This document shows positions 28,746 through 36,585 of a stretch of DNA of 36,585 nucleotides, piece by piece (positions within the stretch are counted from its first letter, which is position 1; the number at the start of each line of letters is the position of its first letter). Under the pieces are notes generated by a model, which did not search any database, was not told the DNA's origin, and saw only the letters and a program-made list of their open reading frames with translations. The position numbers were made by a program, and so were the translations under genes. This DNA comes from an uncultured Treponema sp. (GTDB taxonomy: Bacteria > Spirochaetota > Spirochaetia > Treponematales > Treponemataceae): the NCBI GenBank assembly GCA_964608445.1, contig CAZSOK010000002.1, positions 20,041-56,625 of the forward strand, read 5' to 3'.

Positions 28746-30169
28746 CAGTACGCGCCCTTTCCTTTGAGGACGACATGAATCGTCTTGATGATTATCCACA
28801 GGTCAAGCCAGATCGACCAGTTCTGGATATAGTACGAGTCGAGGTCGATGCGGTCTTCATAGCCGGTGTCCGACCGCCCGGAAATCTGCCACATGCCGCT
28901 CAGCCCCGGCTGCACGGAGAGAATCAGGTGCGACTTGTCGCCGTACTTGGACAGCTCCGGCTCGGTGACCGGCCGCGGCCCGATAAAGCTCATCTCGCCG
29001 GTCAGAATGTTGAGGAACTGCGGGATTTCGTCGATGCTCGTCTTGCGCAGGAATTTGCCGATTTTGGTGATGCGCGGGTCGTTCGTCAGCTTGCGGTCTT
29101 TCTCCCATTCCGCGCGCATCTCCGGGCTCTCCGCGAGGATTTTTTCCAGCTGCTTGTCCGCGTCGGCGACCATTGAGCGGAATTTCCAGCACTTGAACGA
29201 CCGTCCGTTCCTGCCGACGCGGGTATGCCCGTAGAAGACCGGACCGGGACTGGTTCTCTTTATGATAAGCGCGACGATGAGCGTCAGCGGAATGACGAGC
29301 GGCGCGGACAGGAGAATCAGGAAGATATCGACGAGGCGTTTCATGGCGCGGGCGGCGCGTTTGGTCAGGTTGTGTGTCGAGGAGAAGCCGAGGAAGCCGC
29401 CGAAGTCCCGCACCGACGTGGTAATCGTGTTGTTGTCACGTATCCGCGGGAAACTGATAGTGTAGCGGTAGTGCATGTCGATTGCCGTGGTGTCCTTCGT
29501 GTACCCGCTGATGATGGCGACTTTTATGCCCGTCTGCTTGATGAAGTCATCGATTTCTTCGTTCGGCGGAAAGACGGGGACGTCCATGAACGTGGACGGT
29601 GAATCCGCGTTGCCGTCAATGATGATTGCCGGTCGGTAGCCGAGGTCGGGACGGTTCAGCAGGCGCGTGACGATGAAGTTGCCGCTGTCGCCGTCCACGT
29701 AGATGACGGCAGGCACGCCGAACCACCGCCTGCGCGCGAAGAAGTGCCGCGCGATTTCCCTGCCGACCGGGAGCGCGAGGGTGGCGATCGGCGTTGCGAG
29801 CAGGAACGCGATGACCAGCGGCACTTTCTCGTCCGCCTCTTCCACGGTGATGGAGAGCGCGATGCCGACGAATATGAAGAACACGCAGATTGAGAATTTC
29901 TTGATTTCCTCGCCCGGCGGCATTGAGATGCCCGGATACAATCCCGCTGCGTAGAACACCGCGAGCGTCGGCGGCAGGTACACGGCGTACTCCACGAACG
30001 AGCGGAAATTTATCCAGTGGTAGTTGATGAGATTGATGATGAAAAAACTTGCGCCGATAGAAAGCATGGCGAACACCGCGTCGATAATCATCAGCGACAC
30101 GCCTGAGGTGAACGAACTTGTCATGTAGTGTTTCCGGCGGAAAACGTCTCTCAATTCCTGCTCTGTCAT
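28745..30169 (-). CDS. wbaP: Undecaprenyl-phosphate hexose-1-phosphate transferase (WbaP/WcaJ family)
   Basis: N-terminal TM helices; KRLVDI, KFRSM, DPRITKIGKFLRKTSIDEIPQ, GEMSFIGPRP, PGLSGMWQISGRS; sugar specificity uncertain. Confidence 0.9.
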   Translation of the reverse strand: MTEQELRDVFRRKHYMTSSFTSGVSLMIIDAVFAMLSIGASFFIINLINYHWINFRSFVEYAVYLPPTLAVFYAAGLYPGISMPPGEEIKKFSICVFFIFVGIALSITVEEADEKVPLVIAFLLATPIATLALPVGREIARHFFARRRWFGVPAVIYVDGDSGNFIVTRLLNRPDLGYRPAIIIDGNADSPSTFMDVPVFPPNEEIDDFIKQTGIKVAIISGYTKDTTAIDMHYRYTISFPRIRDNNTITTSVRDFGGFLGFSSTHNLTKRAARAMKRLVDIFLILLSAPLVIPLTLIVALIIKRTSPGPVFYGHTRVGRNGRSFKCWKFRSMVADADKQLEKILAESPEMRAEWEKDRKLTNDPRITKIGKFLRKTSIDEIPQFLNILTGEMSFIGPRPVTEPELSKYGDKSHLILSVQPGLSGMWQISGRSDTGYEDRIDLDSYYIQNWSIWLDLWIIIKTIHVVLKGKGAY

Positions 30170-30181
30170 AGCGATTTCCTT

Positions 30182-30210
30182 ATTTTAGAACAATATGCGC
30201 GGATTGTCTA
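30182..30210 (-). promoter_or_regulatory. Putative proximal sigma70 promoter of wbaP
   Basis: Minus strand TAGACA-N17-TAAAAT; the -10 ends 12 nt before the ATG. Confidence 0.45.
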
Positions 30211-30270
30211 TATCTAAACCGAACGGCAGTCGCCCCGTCTTTCGTAGCGTTCCGCGGAAAAGTCGCCTGT

Positions 30271-30301
30271 ATTTTACCCCCCCCCGTTTCAGTTTTGTCA
30301 A
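30271..30301 (-). promoter_or_regulatory. Putative distal sigma70 promoter of wbaP with a G9 tract in the spacer
   Basis: Minus strand TTGACA-aaactgaaacGGGGGGGGG-TAAAAT (19-bp spacer); A12 tract upstream at 30324-30335. Confidence 0.7.
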
Positions 30302-30361
30302 GCGTTTTGCGGATTTCGGCGTGTTTTTTTTTTTTCGGCCGGGGGGCTGCGTCGTGCTGTG

Positions 30362-31414
30362 TCAGCGCGCGTCCTGTATGCAGCGCATGATGATTGCCGC
30401 CGATTTCTCGTAGGAATAGACGGCAGGGACGGTGATGCTCCGCGCGGGCGCGCGGAAGACGGCAAGCAGTTTCTCCGCAAGATCCGCCGCGTCTCCCTCG
30501 GCAAAATAGGTGACGGGAAAGTCGCGGTAGATTTCCCGGAACACGGGGATGTCGGATACGATTGCTTCCGTTCCCACGGTCATCGCCTCAAGGGGCGGCA
30601 TGCCGAATCCCTCGTAGCGCGACGGCTGCACTAAAACCCGCGCCTGCGCGTACATATATGTAAGCTCCTTGTCGCTGATTTTTCCCGTAAAGGTGATGCC
30701 GCGCTCCGCCGCGTCGGCCAGCTGCCGGGCAGTCTCGTCGTCCCCGGTGCGGAAGTTCTCGGCGTTGCCGACGATCGTGAGCGTCGCGGAAAGTCCCTGC
30801 GCGCGCGCGCGGTCGTAGGCGGCAAGCAGCGTGGCAAGCCCTTTGTGCCGCTTGATGTTGCCCACGAACAGGACGGTGTCTTTTTTTTCGACAGGCTGCG
30901 GAAACGGCTCGCGCAGGTAGGCGGGGGCGGCATTGTACGTGACGACGGGCGGCCTTTTGCAGCGCAGTTTTGCCATGATGCGCCCTCGTGAGAATTCCGA
31001 CACGGTGAAGACGATCCGGGATCGGTTGATGGCGTGCTGGTAGAACCATCTGCGCACGATCCGTCCGAACGCGGAAGTGAGGTCGGGCACGTCAAGGAAC
31101 ACGATGTCATGGATCGTGGAGAAAATCGGCACGCGGATGCCGCGCGGAATATTGCAGTACGGCGTGAAGTACGCGTCGCACCCGTTGATTTTCTGCGCGA
31201 TGCCGCGCGGGAAAAAGCACAGCTCCGCAAGCGAGAACGGCGGCACGTCGCATTCACAGCACTCGGCGTTCGGGCAAGAACGGAACGCCGAGCCGTGTTC
31301 GCGGTCTGCGATCAGCAGGCAACGGTGTTCGGCAAGAAAGAACGGAAGCAGTCCGCAAAGATACGAGCCGATGCCTCCTGATCCGAGCATCCGGCAGTCT
31401 ATCGCAATCCTCAT
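30362..31414 (-). CDS. GT4 family glycosyltransferase (MtfB-like)
   Basis: TIHDIVF, VGNIKRHKGL, PSRYEGFGMPPLEAM, SDIPVFRE. Confidence 0.9.
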   Translation of the reverse strand: MRIAIDCRMLGSGGIGSYLCGLLPFFLAEHRCLLIADREHGSAFRSCPNAECCECDVPPFSLAELCFFPRGIAQKINGCDAYFTPYCNIPRGIRVPIFSTIHDIVFLDVPDLTSAFGRIVRRWFYQHAINRSRIVFTVSEFSRGRIMAKLRCKRPPVVTYNAAPAYLREPFPQPVEKKDTVLFVGNIKRHKGLATLLAAYDRARAQGLSATLTIVGNAENFRTGDDETARQLADAAERGITFTGKISDKELTYMYAQARVLVQPSRYEGFGMPPLEAMTVGTEAIVSDIPVFREIYRDFPVTYFAEGDAADLAEKLLAVFRAPARSITVPAVYSYEKSAAIIMRCIQDAR

Positions 31415-32529
31415 AGCGACTCCGTGACGCGGCGGCGCGTCGCTTCCACGGCGGCTTGCAGTTCACGGCGGAATCGCGCGGCGGAAAACTGCTGCGCGTG
31501 CGCGGCGATTCCCGGCGCGTCAAACGCGCCGTCCTGCTCCAGCTGCTCGAACCGGCGGATTGCCTGCATGAGCGAATCGGCTGACTGCGTGTCAAAGAAA
31601 ACGCCGGTCTTGCCGCCGATGACCGTCTCCTTCGCGCCGCCTTTTCCGTAGGCAATGACGGGTCGGCCGCACGCCTGTGCCTCCACCGGGATGATGCCGA
31701 AGTCTTCCTCCGCGCAGAAAATGAGCGCGCGGCAGCGTTGCAGGTGCTTACGCACGTCGTCGTCAGTAATCCTGCCCGTGAACGAGATGCCCTCGTAACG
31801 CGCGGCGAGCGTCCTGAGTTCCTTTTCCTGGCTTCCGCCGCCGATGATGACGAGTTTCCGCCCCAGTTCGCCGCAGGCAGTGATGGCGAGGTCGAGGCGC
31901 TTGTACGGCACGAAACGGCTGAACGCCACGTAAAAGTCTTCGGCGGGCTTGCCGTCAGGCGAAAGCCGCTCCACGTCAACCGGCGGATGGATGACCTGCG
32001 CGTCGCGGTTCCAGAATTTTTTGATCCGCCGCGCGATGTACCGCGAATTCGCCACCACCGTGTCAATCCGCTGGCTCGACACGTAATCCCATTGCCGGAG
32101 GAACGGCATCCACCGGCGCATGAAAAAGCGCGTGAGCGCGCCCGATGCGCGGTAATAGTCAAAGTACGCGTCCCAGGCGTAGCGCATGGGCGAGTGGATG
32201 TACGCGAGGTAGGGAACGCCAGGCGGCGTGATGATGCCCTTGGCGCATGACGACGAGCTTGCGATCACGAGGTCATAGCCGGAAAAATCGAACGACTCGA
32301 ACGCTTTCGGCATCCAGCTGAGCAGCTTCGTGTACAGTTTCGTGGCGTGCGGAATTCTCTGCATGAACGAGGTGCGCACTTTCTCCGGGGGGAAATGAGA
32401 TGCCATCTTTTTTTTGTCGTAGACGAGCGTGTAGATGTCGGCGTCGGGGTAGAGCGCGAGCAGCTGCTCGACCACGCGCTCGCCGCCGCCGTATGTTACC
32501 AGCCAGTCATGCACGATTGCGACTTTCAT
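31411..32529 (-). CDS. GT4 family glycosyltransferase (WbaZ-like)
   Basis: KVAIVHDWLVTYGGGERV, SRFVPYKR, EEDFGIIPVEAQACGRPVIA. Confidence 0.9.
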   Translation of the reverse strand: MKVAIVHDWLVTYGGGERVVEQLLALYPDADIYTLVYDKKKMASHFPPEKVRTSFMQRIPHATKLYTKLLSWMPKAFESFDFSGYDLVIASSSSCAKGIITPPGVPYLAYIHSPMRYAWDAYFDYYRASGALTRFFMRRWMPFLRQWDYVSSQRIDTVVANSRYIARRIKKFWNRDAQVIHPPVDVERLSPDGKPAEDFYVAFSRFVPYKRLDLAITACGELGRKLVIIGGGSQEKELRTLAARYEGISFTGRITDDDVRKHLQRCRALIFCAEEDFGIIPVEAQACGRPVIAYGKGGAKETVIGGKTGVFFDTQSADSLMQAIRRFEQLEQDGAFDAPGIAAHAQQFSAARFRRELQAAVEATRRRVTESL

Positions 32530-33608
32530 CGGCCTGCTCCTTGCGTGTCCTTGATGACCGCGTACAATTGTTCCGCCGCGCGCTGATACGTGTGCTGCGC
32601 GAGCACGGCATCCGGCGCGGCGACCGGCTCTGCGAGCAACGCGTTCAGGTCGCAGCCGGTGTCGTGCGCGTCAATGTAGCGCACCGTATCCCCGTAGATT
32701 TCGTCAAGGCTCGCGCCGTGCGCGCAGATGACTGCCGCGCCGGCGGAAAGCGCCTCAAGCGGGGGGATGCCGAATCCCTCATAGTACGACGGAAAGACGA
32801 ACGCCTTGCAGCGTCGCATCAGCGCCTTCACTTCGCCGTCGGACACATAGCCGAGCAGGACGACGTTTCTGAGCGACTGCATTTTTCTGAGCTCGCCCGG
32901 AACGAGTCCGCTGATTGCCTTCCCGCTGACGGCAAAGATTTCGCCGGGGTGCTTTTCGGCGTAGGCGGCAATCCATGCGAGGTTCTTGCGCCTGCTGAGC
33001 GATCCGAGCGTGAAAAAATACGTTCCCGCCTTTAGGTTCGGAAAGCGGGTGAAAATGCTGTCGTCCGCCTGCACGGAAGCGAAGTGTTCCCAGCCGTTCC
33101 CGATGACGCGGATGCGTGATTCCGGCACGCGGTATGCATCCATGATACGCCGCCGGCTGAATGCGGAGACGGTGATGATCGTCCGCGCGTTCCGTGCGAT
33201 GTTCCGGTAATGCAGCAGGCTGTAGGCACGGATGAGCCTGTCCTTGCGCGTCGCAAAATCCTGCGGGCAGTCGTGCGCGTAGATGTCGTGCAGGAACGCG
33301 ATTCCGCAGCGTTTTCCGAGCGGCGCGGTGTTGGAGAAAGACAGCGCGGTCGCGCGCAGTTTCCGGCATGATCGGGCAAACGTCCCCATGTCCCAGAACG
33401 GAAAGGCGCGGATTGCCTTTTCCGATCGGACGAGCGTTATGTGCGCGTATGCGGGTACGGCGCGGGCATTTGACGGCACAAGCAGGGCGACCGCATCGTC
33501 GTCGGCAAGCAATGCGTCGAGCCGCGCGCAGACTTCCCACGCAAAACGTTCGATGCCCGTCAGGTTGCGGCAGAGAAAATTTCCATTGATGAGCACGGAC
33601 GCAGGCAT
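32526..33608 (-). CDS. GT4 family glycosyltransferase (MtfB-like)
   Basis: TGIERFA, LGSLSRRKNL, FVFPSYYEGFGIPPLEAL. Confidence 0.9.
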   Translation of the reverse strand: MPASVLINGNFLCRNLTGIERFAWEVCARLDALLADDDAVALLVPSNARAVPAYAHITLVRSEKAIRAFPFWDMGTFARSCRKLRATALSFSNTAPLGKRCGIAFLHDIYAHDCPQDFATRKDRLIRAYSLLHYRNIARNARTIITVSAFSRRRIMDAYRVPESRIRVIGNGWEHFASVQADDSIFTRFPNLKAGTYFFTLGSLSRRKNLAWIAAYAEKHPGEIFAVSGKAISGLVPGELRKMQSLRNVVLLGYVSDGEVKALMRRCKAFVFPSYYEGFGIPPLEALSAGAAVICAHGASLDEIYGDTVRYIDAHDTGCDLNALLAEPVAAPDAVLAQHTYQRAAEQLYAVIKDTQGAGR

Positions 33609-33629
33609 GGCGGTAATCCTTTGTTTTTG

Positions 33630-33658
33630 ATACTACCCCAAAAAAGCACTTGTTGCAA
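33630..33658 (-). promoter_or_regulatory. Putative sigma70 promoter for the GT4 trio
   Basis: Minus strand TTGCAA-N17-TAGTAT followed by SD AAGGA and ATG 33608. Confidence 0.65.
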
Positions 33659-33715
33659 TAAGCGCGTCTGCGGAGAAGCCTGACGATGCACAACATCATC
33701 CGCCAGCCGTCCGTC

Positions 33716-34060
33716 TTACAGCAGGTACAACGCGATGCCGCAGAGAATGACGAGGATTGCCGCCAGCTGCCGTTTTGCAAGCCGTTCGCCCAGGAAAATC
33801 CTGCTGAAAACCAGCACGAACACATAACTGGAACTTTCGATGACGGGCAGGTATGAAACAGGAACGGTACGCAAGGCGATCATGTCAAGCAGGATGGCAA
33901 GAAAGAAAATGCCGTATCCGCCGACGACAAGGGGATTGAGATATTCGCGCACGCGTGAATCGTACCGTCTCAGCGCCGATTTTTTGAGCAGGATTTGCGC
34001 GTAGGCAGACAGTATGACCGAGCCGAAAAGTACCGCGACGGAAAGAATCATGTCATGCAT
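33716..34060 (-). CDS. Small 4-TM EamA/SMR-family protein (ArnE/ArnF-like)
   Basis: AQILLKKSA, YLNPLVVGGY, IFLGERL; about 114 aa and hydrophobic; start 34060 or 34051. Confidence 0.8.
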   Translation of the reverse strand: MHDMILSVAVLFGSVILSAYAQILLKKSALRRYDSRVREYLNPLVVGGYGIFFLAILLDMIALRTVPVSYLPVIESSSYVFVLVFSRIFLGERLAKRQLAAILVILCGIALYLL

Positions 34061-34427
34061 TGCCGTCCGCCCCCGGGTTGGCCTCAAAAGCGAGCAGCAG
34101 AATCCCGGCAAGAATGACGGCGGCTCCAACAATCATGTTCCATCTGACCGTTTCCGCGAAGAAGATTTTTCCGAACAGAATGCCCCAGATGACCGTGACA
34201 GACTTGTTCGCGACGGCGACGGAAAGCGGAACGTGCTTGAGCACCTGCTGCCAGATGACGGCATAGGTGCACAAGATTGCCGCGACAATGCCATAAGCTA
34301 TGATGAACGGCGGCGAAAAAAACGGGAAACGCGCCGCAGCCTTTCCCACGAGCGAATAACAGCTGTAAAGCAGGAATCCCGCATGCATGAGCAGAACATG
34401 GCGCGCGCCCTGGTCATTGCCCGTCAT
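34053..34427 (-). CDS. Small 4-TM EamA/SMR-family protein (ArnE/ArnF-like)
   Basis: YAVIWQQVLKHVPLSVA...IFFAETV; SD AAGGAG; overlaps both neighbours. Confidence 0.8.
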   Translation of the reverse strand: MTGNDQGARHVLLMHAGFLLYSCYSLVGKAAARFPFFSPPFIIAYGIVAAILCTYAVIWQQVLKHVPLSVAVANKSVTVIWGILFGKIFFAETVRWNMIVGAAVILAGILLLAFEANPGADGNA

Positions 34428-35337
34428 GCACCGTCTCCTTGATGATGAATTTTGGCTGATTGTTCACCGTGAGGTACACCTGCCCAAGATATTTCCCGAT
34501 GATGCCGAGCGAGACGAGGATAAGTCCGCCCAAAATTAGGATAAGGATGACCAGCGTCGTCCAGCCCGTCACGTCGGATTTCCCCATCAGGTGCTGCACG
34601 GCGTAGATGATTGCCAGAACGAGCCCCACCGCCGCCGTGCCGAAACCCGTGTACGAGGCAAGGTTGAGCGGCATGGTGGAGAAGCCGAACAGCATCCGCA
34701 GGAAAACGCTGATTGATTTCATCAGGCTGTAATTTGACGTTCCCCATGCCCGCCGGTGATGCTCGACCGGAATCTGCGTGATGTTCCTTGTCACCTGAAA
34801 AATCAGCCCGTCAATGTACGGGAAGAGGTTGTTGAACCGAATCATCTCCTTGACAACTCCTGCGCTGATGATTTTGAAGGGCGAAAGGTAAATCTCGCGC
34901 GGCTTTTGGATGGCGATCTCGCTGATTTTCCCGTTGAACCACGAGCCGAGATTTTTCCAGAGTTTCTGCTTTTTCGTCTCGAACTGCGCGTATACCACGT
35001 CCGCGCCTTTTTGCGCCTCCGCGTAGAGTTTCGGGATGTCGTAGGGCGAATGCTGCAAGTCGTCGTCCATGATGACCGTCCATGAGCCGCTCGCATAGTG
35101 CAGACCCGTCAGGATCGCGCTGTCCTGCCCGCCGTTCTTGCGCAGGCGTATGCCCGTCAGCCGCGGATTTCGCCCGGCTTCTTTCTTGATTTCTTCCCAG
35201 CTGGAATCGCGGCTACAGTCGTCCACCATAATCTGCTCGTAGTCGATTCCTTGCAACGCGTCGGCAATCTGGCGGCTCAGTTCCGCCACGCATTCATGGC
35301 TGTTGTACACGGGAATGACGATGCTGATTTCTTTCAT
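34414..35337 (-). CDS. GT2 polyprenyl-phosphate glycosyltransferase (ArnC/GtrB-like)
   Basis: SIVIPVYN, VDDCSRD, MDDDLQH, two C-terminal TM helices ending GIIGKYLGQVY. Confidence 0.88.
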   Translation of the reverse strand: MKEISIVIPVYNSHECVAELSRQIADALQGIDYEQIMVDDCSRDSSWEEIKKEAGRNPRLTGIRLRKNGGQDSAILTGLHYASGSWTVIMDDDLQHSPYDIPKLYAEAQKGADVVYAQFETKKQKLWKNLGSWFNGKISEIAIQKPREIYLSPFKIISAGVVKEMIRFNNLFPYIDGLIFQVTRNITQIPVEHHRRAWGTSNYSLMKSISVFLRMLFGFSTMPLNLASYTGFGTAAVGLVLAIIYAVQHLMGKSDVTGWTTLVILILILGGLILVSLGIIGKYLGQVYLTVNNQPKFIIKETVHDGQ

Positions 35338-36485
35338 GCCGACTCCCGCTCGCCATAGAACGAAAGCACCGCGTCAATGACCTTCTGCTGCTCGTCCTCG
35401 GAAAGCCCGAAATAGAGTGGCAGACGGACGATACGCTCGCTGTATGCCGTCGTGATTTCATCCGCGCCGTCGAACCGCCCGAATTTCTGCCCTGCCGGGG
35501 CGGAATGCAGCGGGATATAATGGAACACTGCGGCGATGCCTTGCGCCTTGAGGTATGCAATCAGCTCGGTACGCTCCGCAAGTGACTTTGTGATCAGGTA
35601 GAATAAGTGTGCGTTATGCGCACAGTGCGGCGGAACGGTCGGAGGCAGAATTGACGAATGGGGGGGGGTATTCATTTTTCGGAATGCCTCGTCATAACGA
35701 TTCCACAGACGCATCCTTGCCGACTGGATGTCATCCGCCATTTCAAGTTGCGCCCACAGATATGCCGCGTTCAGGTCGCTCGGCAGGTATGAAGACCCGC
35801 AGTCGCGCCAAGTGTACTTGTCGATTTGTCCGCGGACGAATTTGCTCCTGTCCGTGCCTTTCTCGCGGATGATTTCCGCGCGCTCGTATATGTCGTTGCC
35901 GCCGTTGATGACGAGCGCGCCGCCTTCGCCCATGCTGAAATTCTTTGTCTCATGGAACGAAAGGCAGCCGAAATCACCGATGGTGCCGAGCGGTCTGCCC
36001 TTGTACGTGGAACAGATTGCCTGCGCCGCGTCCTCCACGACTTTCAGCTGATGCCTGCGGGCGATGTCCATGATTGCGTCCATCTCGCAGGCGACTCCGG
36101 CATAGTGCACCGCGCAGATCGCCTTCGTCTTTGCGGTTATCGCCTGTTCGATTTTTGTCTCGTCGATGTTCAGCGTGTCGGGTCGTATGTCCACGAACAC
36201 GATTTTTGCGCCGCGCAGGACGAACGCGTCCGCCGTCGAGCAGAACGTGAACGACGGCATGATCACTTCGTCGCCCGCCTGTATGTCGCAGAGCAAGGCG
36301 GCCATTTCCAGCGCGCTCGTTCCGCTCGTGGTCAGCAGGACTTTGTGTCCGTCCATGCGCTGCTCCAGCCATTCCGTGCATTTTCTGGTGAACGCGCCGT
36401 CGCCGCAGATTTTATGGCTCTCTATCGCTTCCTGCAAATAGGTCAGTTCTTTGCCCGTCACGGGCGGAATGTTGAATGGAATCAT
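35334..36485 (-). CDS. wecE: dTDP-4-amino-4,6-dideoxygalactose transaminase (WecE/RffA, DegT family)
   Basis: MIPFNIPP, ICGDGAFT, VVEDAAQ, SFHETKN PLP-lysine motif, EKGTDRSKF, AVFHYIPLH. Confidence 0.9.
   Translation of the reverse strand: MIPFNIPPVTGKELTYLQEAIESHKICGDGAFTRKCTEWLEQRMDGHKVLLTTSGTSALEMAALLCDIQAGDEVIMPSFTFCSTADAFVLRGAKIVFVDIRPDTLNIDETKIEQAITAKTKAICAVHYAGVACEMDAIMDIARRHQLKVVEDAAQAICSTYKGRPLGTIGDFGCLSFHETKNFSMGEGGALVINGGNDIYERAEIIREKGTDRSKFVRGQIDKYTWRDCGSSYLPSDLNAAYLWAQLEMADDIQSARMRLWNRYDEAFRKMNTPPHSSILPPTVPPHCAHNAHLFYLITKSLAERTELIAYLKAQGIAAVFHYIPLHSAPAGQKFGRFDGADEITTAYSERIVRLPLYFGLSEDEQQKVIDAVLSFYGERESA
35660..35668 (-). repeat. C9 homopolymer inside wecE (coding strand)
   Basis: Codons ACC CCC CCC CAT (T-P-P-H); G9 on the plus strand. 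Confidence 0.9.
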
Positions 36486-36491
36486 GCCGTC

Positions 36492-36520
36492 AGTATACCG
36501 GCGGCGGACGCTTTTTTCAA
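36492..36520 (-). promoter_or_regulatory. Putative sigma70 promoter giving a leaderless wecE mRNA
   Basis: Minus strand TTGAAA-N17-TATACT-gacggc-ATG; no SD. Confidence 0.65.
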
Positions 36521-36585
36521 TAGCCGGGACAATATCCCTAATCCCGCAGGTAAATGTCGCGCGTGTACACCTTGTCTTGCACGTC

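Noticed and set aside
30881-32415. A8 runs in two GT4 genes (30881-30888, 32408-32415) as phase-variation tracts
   Set aside because: Short A runs within Lys-rich codons; a similar A8 occurs at 16888-16895 outside the glycan cluster
32779-33825. 348-aa alternative-frame ORF over a GT4 gene
   Set aside because: Arg/Pro-rich off-frame translation; the real GT4 frame is intact with its own promoter and SD
28745-36485. Glycan cluster as a flagellin glycosylation locus
   Set aside because: The enzymes point to Und-P-linked envelope glycans; no Maf or pseudaminic/legionaminic acid genes, and proximity to the flagellar genes is not evidence

Overview
Chromosomal segment of a GC-rich Treponema-like spirochete, judged from gene order and protein sequences. 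Plus strand, 1-27186: a 22-bp palindromic tandem array, then the flagellar motor/switch/export cluster (flbD-motA-motB-fliL-fliM-fliY-fliO-fliP-fliQ-fliR-flhB-flhA-flhF-flhG-flgV-like-fliA-fapA plus two hypotheticals), a V/A-type ATPase operon (E, C-like, A, B, D, I, K), ispG and a TPR protein. Minus strand, 36485-27180: a convergent surface-glycan cluster (WecE-like aminotransferase, ArnC/GtrB-like GT2, two small EamA/SMR proteins, three GT4s, WbaP-like initiating transferase, Omp85-like beta-barrel). The most notable signals are: (1) a G9 tract in the spacer of a TTGACA/TAAAAT promoter upstream of wbaP and a C9 tract inside wecE, suggesting two-level phase variation of the glycan; (2) Na+-type signatures in both the stator and the neighbouring V-ATPase K ring; (3) a parS-like, 11-bp-phased repeat array; (4) an Arn-like amino-sugar cassette; (5) a shared TTGTATACA palindrome before two V-ATPase genes. 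No rRNA, tRNA, CRISPR or transposase was seen. All calls were made by eye, with no database searches.
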